64,000 nt of DNA from a virus: IMG/VR virus record IMGVR_UViG_3300030104_002385, positions 1 through 64,000 of that record. One strand, 5' to 3'. Made by a program: the position numbers and the translations under genes. The notes beneath the pieces are model-generated. The model searched no databases. It saw only the letters and a program-made list of their open reading frames with translations, and was not told where the DNA came from. Numbering within the stretch: position 1 is the first letter of the stretch; each line of letters begins with the position of its first letter. This document shows positions 1 through 9,000 of this stretch, one piece after another.

Positions 1-1638
1 GACTTTCAGATCTTTGATTTAAACAGTGGTACTCAAACTGGGTTTAGAGTTAAGGCAAGAGTTAAGGCAGTATTTGACGATAGCGGTTCATCCACAGTAT
101 TCACAGGTACTTCATGGGAAATATTAGAGATATTATCACCTGGTGCCAATTATACAGTTGGTACTGTATTTCCTTTATCATATGTACATACCCTTCCTGA
201 TAACTCAACTGCTACATTGACCGTTAATTTAAAGATAACTGCCGTTGCCCCACAACCAACTGTAACAGGTCAAACTAATTTCGACGTTCTATTAATAGGT
301 GATACCATTAATGGGCATACTATAACATATGTTTGGCATAGTGATCTGGATAATTTTCCGTATCATATAATATACGTCAATGGAAGTGGTAGTAATTTTA
401 CTAAGGATACACAATATACATCTAATAGAGGTAATGTAATTACTGCAAAAGCAGGAAAAGGTATAGCAGATAGAGCAGCGTTGGTTGGAATGTATGAATT
501 TCTAGAAAAATCAACGCAATATGTTACTGTAGACGTAGATAAGAACGCACCAGACATCTTTAATCTGTTACAACAACCAGAAGTAACAGTAACACTTACA
601 AATGGAATAGTTACTAATCTTACTATAGTCAGTGGAGGATCTGGATGGGCTAGTTATAACCGTACTCCCAAAGTTATGATATCACCCCCGTCGGTCTCCA
701 CAGGTACTCAAGCAACTTGTAAGGCAGAATTTACTGGTGGAGTGCTAACTGCTATAAAAGTAGACATACCTGGTAGTGGATATTCATCTACAAACCTTCC
801 ACAGGTTTATATAACTAACGTTCATAAGGAAACGACTACTGTTTTAGAGAATGATGCGTATATTCCCGATGAATTTGAGAAATTTAAGAAGGATATTTAC
901 GATAATATACCTGGATTAGACTTTCAAGCGGATGATTTAGCAAAATTAGAGACCACACACATGTCTCAACCCGAAAAAACCATTGTAAATGACTTTGATC
1001 CGTCCTATAAAGTGAAATTAGACACTAATAGGAACAGAATTGACAAATTACCGCAACGAAAATACGCAAAAAACAGGACTCAGCACTTATATGAGAAGAC
1101 TGATGTCAAACATACCTTAGATAGCATTAAAGACATTGAAGAATTACCTAATTCTTACCTTGATTTGATGCAAAAGAACCAAATTGATGATAATAGAGCG
1201 TATCGAAGGAAGGATATTTCCGATATTACGCAGGAAACCGTACCTGATGTCACAGTTCACCGTGAAAGTTTCGTAGAGACCGTACAAGGAACCATGTCTA
1301 ATCTTCCTTACTCCTCACAATACACCAAATACCTAATGAGGCAGTACAGACCCGATACGAGAAGTGTTATAGATATAAATGTAACGCTATCTTGCACTCC
1401 TGTTAACGCAGGTTGTTCACATTTTGCTTGTAGTGCCCCTGCAGGTTCTACTGGTGGCACGACTGATAACGGAAATGGTACTTCAACTACCACATCTTAT
1501 GCAATGTCGGGTCTAATGGGTGATGGTTGTAAGTCATGGACTGCAACTGGTACCATGAAAATGTGGAATGAGTATACCAATCAACGGAATACTTGGAAAA
1601 GTGCAGTTAACGAAAACGGAAATCCCTATAATCCTTAA
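1..1638 (+). CDS. Virion structural protein, 5'-truncated, directly upstream of the PAAR gene
   Basis: Frame 1 is open from base 1 (DFQIFDLNSGTQTGFRVKARV...), so the TTG at 217 is not the true start. Contains the GSGW/GSGY-xxxP-V-I repeats seen in the other structural genes here and a Cys-containing C-terminus ending NGNPYNP. Confidence 0.6.
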   Translation, partial: DFQIFDLNSGTQTGFRVKARVKAVFDDSGSSTVFTGTSWEILEILSPGANYTVGTVFPLSYVHTLPDNSTATLTVNLKITAVAPQPTVTGQTNFDVLLIGDTINGHTITYVWHSDLDNFPYHIIYVNGSGSNFTKDTQYTSNRGNVITAKAGKGIADRAALVGMYEFLEKSTQYVTVDVDKNAPDIFNLLQQPEVTVTLTNGIVTNLTIVSGGSGWASYNRTPKVMISPPSVSTGTQATCKAEFTGGVLTAIKVDIPGSGYSSTNLPQVYITNVHKETTTVLENDAYIPDEFEKFKKDIYDNIPGLDFQADDLAKLETTHMSQPEKTIVNDFDPSYKVKLDTNRNRIDKLPQRKYAKNRTQHLYEKTDVKHTLDSIKDIEELPNSYLDLMQKNQIDDNRAYRRKDISDITQETVPDVTVHRESFVETVQGTMSNLPYSSQYTKYLMRQYRPDTRSVIDINVTLSCTPVNAGCSHFACSAPAGSTGGTTDNGNGTSTTTSYAMSGLMGDGCKSWTATGTMKMWNEYTNQRNTWKSAVNENGNPYNP

Positions 1639-1640
1639 AA

Positions 1641-2177
1641 ATGTCATCTCCAGCAGCAATTTATGGCGGTATGTGTAGTGGACATGGTGCTGGAATGTGT
1701 TCTTCACATCATCCAGGTTTAGGTGGTGGTGTTCTTGGTGGGTGTCCTCACGCTCCTACTGCACCACAGATAGTGCCAAAACCCGTAGCAGCGATGAATG
1801 CTACTACACTTTGGCCACCTTTAGTATTAGGTCCAGTTATGGCCTTTTCAAATGTGGTAATTAATGGTAGTATACCTATACGGGATCAAGATATTATCAC
1901 TCCTCATCCTACTCCTAGTGTACATAGTACATCATCTGTAGGATTTAAGTGTTTCTTTACCACAACAACCCCTGCTTGGCATTGTACAATCGGTGTTGCT
2001 GCTGGAAGAGAACTTGCTACTGGACATTCAAGGAAGTTGTATGCAACAACTAAGACTGTTTGGATCAATGGTATGAGGGCAGGTAAGGTAGGTGATTTAC
2101 TAGGAGATGCTACTCCCGCATTCCCTTGTACATCCGTTGTAGCAAAAGGGAGTATTAATGTATTCGTTGGAATTTAA
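1641..2177 (+). CDS. PAAR-domain baseplate spike-tip protein (T4 gp5.4-like), extended and His/Cys-rich
   Basis: PAAR-type motifs SNVVING, KTVWINGMRAGKVGD, C-terminal CTSVVAKGSINVFVG and N-terminal CSGHG; located just upstream of gp25/gp6. Confidence 0.85.
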   Translation: MSSPAAIYGGMCSGHGAGMCSSHHPGLGGGVLGGCPHAPTAPQIVPKPVAAMNATTLWPPLVLGPVMAFSNVVINGSIPIRDQDIITPHPTPSVHSTSSVGFKCFFTTTTPAWHCTIGVAAGRELATGHSRKLYATTKTVWINGMRAGKVGDLLGDATPAFPCTSVVAKGSINVFVGI

Positions 2178-2179
2178 TT

Positions 2180-2323
2180 ATGGCAACTAGAACTGGGGTT
2201 AACGGAAACGTATTTGTTGAAGCAATACCCAAAAAATCCCGTCAAGGGCAAGGTAAGCATACAAAATACGGTGCTACATCTCGTAATCACGCAAAAAAGA
2301 GGAGTAGAGGTCAAGGAAAATGA
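2180..2323 (+). CDS. Small, very basic protein (47 aa, MATRTGVNGNVFVEAIPKKSRQGQGKHTKYGATSRNHAKKRSRGQGK); below the ORF-track cutoff
   Basis: Translated by hand. Fills the gap between PAAR and heme oxygenase exactly, and its TGA overlaps the next ATG (ATGA at 2320-2323). Confidence 0.75.
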   Translation: MATRTGVNGNVFVEAIPKKSRQGQGKHTKYGATSRNHAKKRSRGQGK

Positions 2324-2955
2324 GTTTACGTGAAGCAACTGCTGAAAATCATAAAAATGCGGAAAAACAACCGTTTGTAGGCATTATGTTTGGTGGAAAA
2401 CTGCCAGATGAGGTATATGCCATATATTTGTGGAATTTATATCTACAATATGAAACTTTAGAGACATTTGCTCATGAAGCTGGCGTTCTTAATACAGATG
2501 AACTAGCGGAATTGTATAGAGCACCTAAAATTAAAGAAGATTATAAGGAACTGTGGCATAGATCTACACCTCCACCTACTCTTCAGACTACTTTAGACTT
2601 TAAAAAGCATCTTCAGGGGATATCTGGTGATCCAAAGGCACTTATGGCACATTGTTACACTCGTCACATGGGTGATTTAAGTGGTGGACAAATGTTAAAG
2701 GCGAGAGTACCTGGTTCTGCTAGAATGTATGACTTTGATGATACGGATACTTTAAAAGGAAAAATCCGTGAAAAACTCAGTGATGATCTTGAAGATGAGG
2801 TAAAAATCGCATATGATTTTGCTACTAAGATGTTTGCGGAGATGTTGATGTATCTTCCACCAGAATTGAATAAACCTTCAACTCCACCTCCAGTAAATAA
2901 AGTAAATTCAGAAAGAATTGCGGATGGTGACGTTTCTTGGGAGGAAGAAGAGTAA
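2320..2955 (+). CDS. ho1: Heme oxygenase (auxiliary metabolic gene)
   Basis: N-terminal LREATAENHKNAE with the proximal His; distal-helix motif AHCYTRHMGDLSGGQ; C-terminal EVKIAYDF. Confidence 0.93.
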   Translation: MSLREATAENHKNAEKQPFVGIMFGGKLPDEVYAIYLWNLYLQYETLETFAHEAGVLNTDELAELYRAPKIKEDYKELWHRSTPPPTLQTTLDFKKHLQGISGDPKALMAHCYTRHMGDLSGGQMLKARVPGSARMYDFDDTDTLKGKIREKLSDDLEDEVKIAYDFATKMFAEMLMYLPPELNKPSTPPPVNKVNSERIADGDVSWEEEE

Positions 2956-2958
2956 ATT

Positions 2959-3570
2959 ATGACAGTTGAAATGTTTAATCCTCGGTGGTATTACCGAGGA
3001 GATGTGAACCCTGAAGGTCAAAAACAAATTAAGGATTTATTTGAGAAATACTTAGAAGATCCTCGATATTTCAGTAAACCCGAAAGTTGGGAATGTACTT
3101 GTTCAAGTTCTTGGGAAAGACCTGAAAATGAGGAACTTCCTTGGATTCAATGGTTAGAAGTATTAAAACCCCAATTGAATGAATTTGTAGAGGAAATGAA
3201 ACCTAAAACGGATATTCAGATAATTCCTCAACAAGCTTGGGCAAATCATTACAATACTGGTCATTATCAAGAATACCATAAACATAGTGGTGTTTCTACT
3301 AATATTAGTGTTGTTTACTTTTATGATATTCCCGAAGACGATTGTGGGTTCAGATTTAATAATGATGAGTTCTACGAATACGATGGTTCTGGGTTAGATG
3401 CTCTTTTTGAACTTCCTGTAGGGTTTTATGTAACACCAAAGGATATTAAGACTGGTAGTGTTGTAATATTCCCCTCTCATTATGCTCATTCTGTAGTTCC
3501 TAACAGGTCAAATAACAGAAGAACTACGATGTCTGCCAATATATTTGTAATTCCCCAAAATCCAGCATAA
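2959..3570 (+). CDS. 2OG-Fe(II) oxygenase superfamily protein (cyanophage type)
   Basis: WANHYNTGHYQEYHKH (HxH), ISVVYF, and GSVVIFPSHYAHSVVPN..RRTTMSAN (distal His and 2OG-binding Arg). Confidence 0.88.
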   Translation: MTVEMFNPRWYYRGDVNPEGQKQIKDLFEKYLEDPRYFSKPESWECTCSSSWERPENEELPWIQWLEVLKPQLNEFVEEMKPKTDIQIIPQQAWANHYNTGHYQEYHKHSGVSTNISVVYFYDIPEDDCGFRFNNDEFYEYDGSGLDALFELPVGFYVTPKDIKTGSVVIFPSHYAHSVVPNRSNNRRTTMSANIFVIPQNPA

Positions 3571-3573
3571 ATA
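3566..3573 (+). promoter_or_regulatory. T4-type late promoter (CATAAATA) upstream of gp25
   Basis: One mismatch to TATAAATA, 27 nt before the gp25 ATG. Confidence 0.7.
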
Positions 3574-3600
3574 ATAATTGCAAGGGGTTTTTATGGTTAA

Positions 3601-4020
3601 ATGGCATTCAAAGAGGTTACAGGTAAGGATTTAAAGTTATCTCGTAGCTTTAAAGACATAAACCTTAGTATGGGGAGCAATCCTTTTACTAAGGATGTTT
3701 CTGTGGTCAAAAATAATAATGCTATAAAACAATCCATACGGAATTTAGTTCTGACTTCTCCTGGTGAAAAATTATTTCAACCTTGGTTGGGGTGTAGAGT
3801 AAAAGAGATGCTCTTTGAGCCTCTAGACATGTTTACAGCTCAAAGTATTCAAGATGAGATAATAAATACCATTAACCAACATGATGAGCGTATACAATTA
3901 CAAAGTGTAGAAGTTATCCCGAATTTTGGGAATGATAGATTGAATATCAGTATCGAATATAAAATTGTAGGTATACCAATAGTTGAGACAGTCGATTTCG
4001 TACTACAGAGACCTGAATAA
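3601..4020 (+). CDS. gp25: Baseplate wedge subunit gp25
   Basis: FKDINLS..NPFTKDV, AIKQSIRNLVLTSPGEKLFQPWLGC, LFEP and ERI motifs; sits before gp6. Confidence 0.95.
   Translation: MAFKEVTGKDLKLSRSFKDINLSMGSNPFTKDVSVVKNNNAIKQSIRNLVLTSPGEKLFQPWLGCRVKEMLFEPLDMFTAQSIQDEIINTINQHDERIQLQSVEVIPNFGNDRLNISIEYKIVGIPIVETVDFVLQRPE
3861..3868 (+). promoter_or_regulatory. Possible late promoter (AATAAATA) inside gp25, upstream of gp6
   Basis: NATAAATA box about 150 nt before the gp6 start; lies in coding sequence, so it may be chance. Confidence 0.4.
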
Positions 4021-6047
4021 TGCAACCGAATAATTTAACAGCATTAGATTTTGAAGATGTTAAAGCTTCTATTAAATCTTATCTTAGAACTAGAAATGAG
4101 TTCTCCGATTATGATTTTGAAGGGTCTGCTTTATCTTATCTGGTAGACACTTTAGCATATAACACATATTATACCGCATTTAACGCTAATATGGCGATGA
4201 ATGAGGCATTTTTGCCGTCTGCTACAGTAAGGGACAATGTTGTTAATATTGCCAAACTTTTAAATTATGTTCCTAGATCAATACTTGCTTCTAAGGCGTG
4301 TTTAACGTTCTCTGTACAGACACAACAGACAAATGGAGCATATCCATCAACTGTTACCTTAGCGAAAGGTCCAGTGTCATCTGGGGGTAACTTTATTTGG
4401 AATATTCTTGCATCAAAGACAGCAGAAGTTAATACTACAACAGGTATTGCGTTATTTGACAATGTTGAGGTAAAAGAGGGATCTATTATCAATTATGAGT
4501 ATGTTGTTAATACATTCCAAACACAGAATTTTATAGTACCATCAGAAGACGTTGATATTAATACTTTAGTTGTTAAAGTCAAGGCAAACGAAACTTCTAC
4601 AACATCTGACCTTTATAATAAGGTAGATACAGTTACTAATTTAACTGGTACTACAAGGGTGTATTTCCTTGCTGAAGGTGAGGATATGAGATATGAATTG
4701 AGATTTGGTGATGATAGTGTAGGTAGAAAACTTAAAGATGGTGAGGTTATCGAATTAGAATATTTGGTAACTTCAGGAACCGAAGCAAATGAAATTAATA
4801 GTTTTGATTATATTGGTAATATAACTGATAATTTGGGAATTACATATTCTACAGGAAATATAACAGTAGGTATCAAGCAAAAATCTCAATTGGGTGAAAT
4901 TGCTGAAACTATAGAATCTATCAAGTATAATGCTCCAAGATATTACTCTTCTCAGTATAGAGCAGTAACAGCACAAGATTATGCTGTTATTACTAAAAAC
5001 ATCTATTCTAATGCAGATAGTGTTATTGCTTATGGTGGAGATGCATTACAACCCCCAATTTACGGTAAGGTTTACGTTGCAGTAAAAACTAAGACTGGAT
5101 CTTTACTTAATGATGCAACTAAAAAGAGTATTGCTGCAGATCTTAGAAAATATGCGATGGCATCTATCGATCCTGTAATTATTGACCCAGATGATCTATA
5201 CATCTATCCAAAACTATTTGTTTTATACGATACTGGTGTTACAAACAATACTTCCCAAATAAAGACCGATATTCAATCAGCAATTAATGATTGGGCAACT
5301 CAAACACAAATCAATAACTTTAACTCGACATTTAAGAGTCAGCAATTCCAGAAAGCAGTTACTTTAGCAAATAAGGCAATTAGTGACGTTTCTCTTCAGT
5401 TGACTATTCTAAAATACATTAAACCAATCACCAACCAGACAAATACTTATTGTGTATCTACTGGTTCTAGTCTTTATAATAGTGCTCCAAGTAATACAGA
5501 CGGAACATCATGTAAGAAAGAACCTGTAATCCTCTCAGGAACCTTTAGAACTGCCGATAGACCAGGAATTGATCAACAGTTTGAAGATGATGGTTTTGGT
5601 AAACTCAGGACGTTCTACAACACAGGTAATAAGAAAGTCTATACTAATAATTCTGCTGGTACTGTAAATTATGATACTGGTGAAATTTGTATTGGACCAA
5701 TTACTGCTGTAGGTGCTGGAGACGATGTTCCACTCACAACTAACTTAAATCTTACTGATAGTGTAACAGGAACAGGATCTGTTATTGATACTGGTCTTTT
5801 AGCGACTGATTTATCAATTCCAGTTCTATTCATACCATCAAACATATCAGCAATCCCTGCATCAACTCCTGGCACTATTCTTAGTATCGTAAGTCCAGAG
5901 GTTACTGTAGCCGCTATTGGCACACCACCACCTTCCACTATACCACTAAATAGTTTGACACCAACAGTCTTCGCTCAACCACCTACTATTATCGTGGTCG
6001 ATGCTATAACCAACACTGGTTCACTAACCACTTCGAGTTGTTTCTAA
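4020..6047 (+). CDS. gp6: Baseplate wedge subunit gp6
   Basis: LDFEDVKASIKSYL, DYDFEGS, LAYNTYY, FLPSATVRDNVV, FGDDSVG, ETIESIKYNAP..QYRAVTAQDY; TAATG overlap with gp25. Confidence 0.95.
   Translation: MQPNNLTALDFEDVKASIKSYLRTRNEFSDYDFEGSALSYLVDTLAYNTYYTAFNANMAMNEAFLPSATVRDNVVNIAKLLNYVPRSILASKACLTFSVQTQQTNGAYPSTVTLAKGPVSSGGNFIWNILASKTAEVNTTTGIALFDNVEVKEGSIINYEYVVNTFQTQNFIVPSEDVDINTLVVKVKANETSTTSDLYNKVDTVTNLTGTTRVYFLAEGEDMRYELRFGDDSVGRKLKDGEVIELEYLVTSGTEANEINSFDYIGNITDNLGITYSTGNITVGIKQKSQLGEIAETIESIKYNAPRYYSSQYRAVTAQDYAVITKNIYSNADSVIAYGGDALQPPIYGKVYVAVKTKTGSLLNDATKKSIAADLRKYAMASIDPVIIDPDDLYIYPKLFVLYDTGVTNNTSQIKTDIQSAINDWATQTQINNFNSTFKSQQFQKAVTLANKAISDVSLQLTILKYIKPITNQTNTYCVSTGSSLYNSAPSNTDGTSCKKEPVILSGTFRTADRPGIDQQFEDDGFGKLRTFYNTGNKKVYTNNSAGTVNYDTGEICIGPITAVGAGDDVPLTTNLNLTDSVTGTGSVIDTGLLATDLSIPVLFIPSNISAIPASTPGTILSIVSPEVTVAAIGTPPPSTIPLNSLTPTVFAQPPTIIVVDAITNTGSLTTSSCF
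5945..5952 (+). promoter_or_regulatory. Possible late promoter (ACTAAATA) upstream of the giant gp7 gene
   Basis: TAAATA core 100 nt before the start at 6053; the same variant precedes gp19. Confidence 0.4.
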
Positions 6048-6052
6048 GTTAG

Positions 6053-9000
6053 ATGACAAATATCAATAAGGTTTCTCAGGCAATTAATGCCCAAACACCT
6101 GAGTTTATCAGGAGTGACTATAAACTATTCAACAAATTTGTTGAATATTACTATAGATCACAAGAAAAAACGGGTTTAGGTCAGAATTTACTTAACAATT
6201 TTCTTCAATATCTGGATATTGATAAGTTGGATATTAGTATCCTTGATGGTGCGACTAAGGTAGTAGAAGATGTAAAAGCAACTGATGAAACGATAGTAGT
6301 AGAAACAATTGATGCATTCTTAGAGAAGAATGGATCAGTAATGATAGGCGATGAGGTAATATATTACGAGAAAACGACTTCTGCTCCAAATATAGCATTA
6401 AGTCCAGGTATTTCATATGATCAGGTAAAATTAAAGTGGACTGGTCTTGCAAATCCACTTAAATCTTTTGATGGCACAACTACATCATTCCCATTAACTT
6501 CACAGAACAATCCAGTTGCTCCTCCTTCTGCACAACACTTGATTGTTAGTGTTTATGGTGAAACTTTAATTCCAAATACTGATTATACTGTTAGTGGAAC
6601 CAATATTGTATTTACAACTGCTCCTAGACTAAAATTAGCATCAGATGGTGAAAGTTTTACTTATATCACTTATTTGAGTGGTTTTGTTGAGAATACTATT
6701 GTTGGAACGGATAATATTTCTAATACATTTGGTGATAGTAAGAAACAATTTACTTTAACTAGAAATGGTGTAAGATATGCACCAGAAATTACTGAATATG
6801 TTATTGCTGTATATGATAATAAACTTTTAATACCTAAAGTAGACTTCTTCCTTGATGATGACCAGTTTATATTTAAAACTGCTCCTCTAAATGGTAGAGC
6901 ATTATCAGTATACGCTATTGAGGCACCTATTCCTTCTTTTGGTTCTAATGCTGTAGGATATTCTCGTGTTGATGATACTGGTAATATCACTAGTATTGCA
7001 ATTAATGCAAATGGTACTGGTTACAGGTATGAATATCCACCAAAAGTTTCTATTAACTCGGATACTGGTAGTGGTGCTTCTGCAACTGCTTTAGTTAATG
7101 GTATTAAGAGTGTTGCTCTTCTAGATGGTGGTAAAGGTTATAGTGATACTAACCCACCTACTGTTGTTATTCAAACTCCAACTAAAACTGGATCTAGTGT
7201 AGCATCTGTTAAGGCAACTGTTACTAATGGTGAGGTTTCTGGACTTGAAGTTACCAATTCTGGTAGTGGGTATACTTTTACTCCTAGACTTACTTTCTTA
7301 CAACCTGGAGGTGCTATATTAGGTGCTCCAACTATTTCTAGCGGTCAAATAACTGGTACTGTACCAATTACTACTGCTGGTCAAGGATATACAACGGTTC
7401 CAACCATTTATGTTGATGAACCAACTGGTTCTAACCCAATTAAAGCAAATTTAAGAGCAGTTTTAACAGATGGTAAGGTTACTGGTGTTACTATACTAAA
7501 TGCTGGTCAAGGATATGAAACTGTACCTAGAATAGCAATTATTGACCCAGTTGGTGCTCAAATTCTTCAAACATCGGTTGATGGTGATGGTCGTGTTATC
7601 AATATTGAGATTTTAAGTGGTGGTGGTGGATATGAAGATACCCCATCTGTTTATATTGTAGATGATAGAGTAAATGATCTAGGAGTTTATATTGGTGGTA
7701 CTGGAGCAACTGCTACAGCATCGATTTTCAATGGTCAGATCATTGATATCAACATTACCAATTTTGGTACTGGGTATAGTGCTGTAACACCTCCTCAAAT
7801 CATAATTCAGTCACCACCTTCAGCAGAAGCTTCTGCTACTATTGGTTTAAATGAAGTTACTGGATTTACAGTAAATCAGGCTGGTTCTGGATATACTAAA
7901 GCACAATTTGAAGGATGTGCTAGAGCAGCGAGTGCAATTAAAGAATATACTGAAGATGGTAATGCAGTATTCTCTAATAACACTGTTGCGTCTGCTGCAA
8001 CTAAAGAAACTACTGTTAAGTGTCTAGATGCTGTATTTGTTAAAAGATTACTTGATAAGTACACAGAACAGTTCTTACCTGATGTTCCTAGTTTAGATTA
8101 TACAAAAATTGATGTTAGAAACTCTATTAAGACAATTAAGGACTTCTATTCATCTAAAGGTACTTCTTATAGTATTGCTTACTTATTTAAGTTACTATAC
8201 GGTGAAACTGTAAGTATTTCTTATCCAAAAGACCAAATAATCAAACCTTCTGATGCTACTTGGTCAATTGACACCATTCTTCGTGCAACTTTAGTTAGTG
8301 GTAATCCTGATAATATTAGAGATGGTCTATTAACTCAAGATGCTGATATTGCAGATACTAATGTATTAGCAGCAAGTGCTTTAATAGAAAACTTTATTTC
8401 TATTAAAACATCAGAAACAGAGATATTTGAGTTAGTTTTATCAGAAGAAACTATTGTAGGAAAGTTCACAGTACCTTATAAGACAAGACTTGCTGAACCA
8501 TTAACTGCAACTGCTGGTATCATCACTGTTGACTCTACAATTGGTTGGCCAGAAAGAAACGGTGAATTTGTCATAGGTACAGGTGCTACAGCAGAAGTTG
8601 TACAATATAAGGAAAAATCACTTAACCAGTTTATAGAATGTACTCGTTCTGTAAATGGTGTTGTTGAAGATTGGGATTCTGCTACTGGAATAGCATCAAA
8701 CTTCACAGTGTATGTCAATAAAGGGACTTCTCAAGAAGTTGTGATGAATATTGTTGGTATTGTTGATGCAGAACAAACAACACTGACAGATACTGGATCT
8801 TACTACTTACCAGGTGATAAACTAACTGTTTCTAAGTTAGGTGGTACTGGCGAAGGAGCAGACTTAAAAACTTGGTTATATAACGTTAAAAAGTTGGTTA
8901 CTGTGACATCTATCACTTATGGTGGTGTTAATAATCAATCTGCAACTGTTACATGTGCTAATGCTCATGGTCTTCTTGTTGGTGATCAGGTAACTGTATA

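Noticed and set aside
217-219. TTG start proposed by the ORF track
   Set aside because: The frame is open from base 1, so the gene starts upstream of the window.
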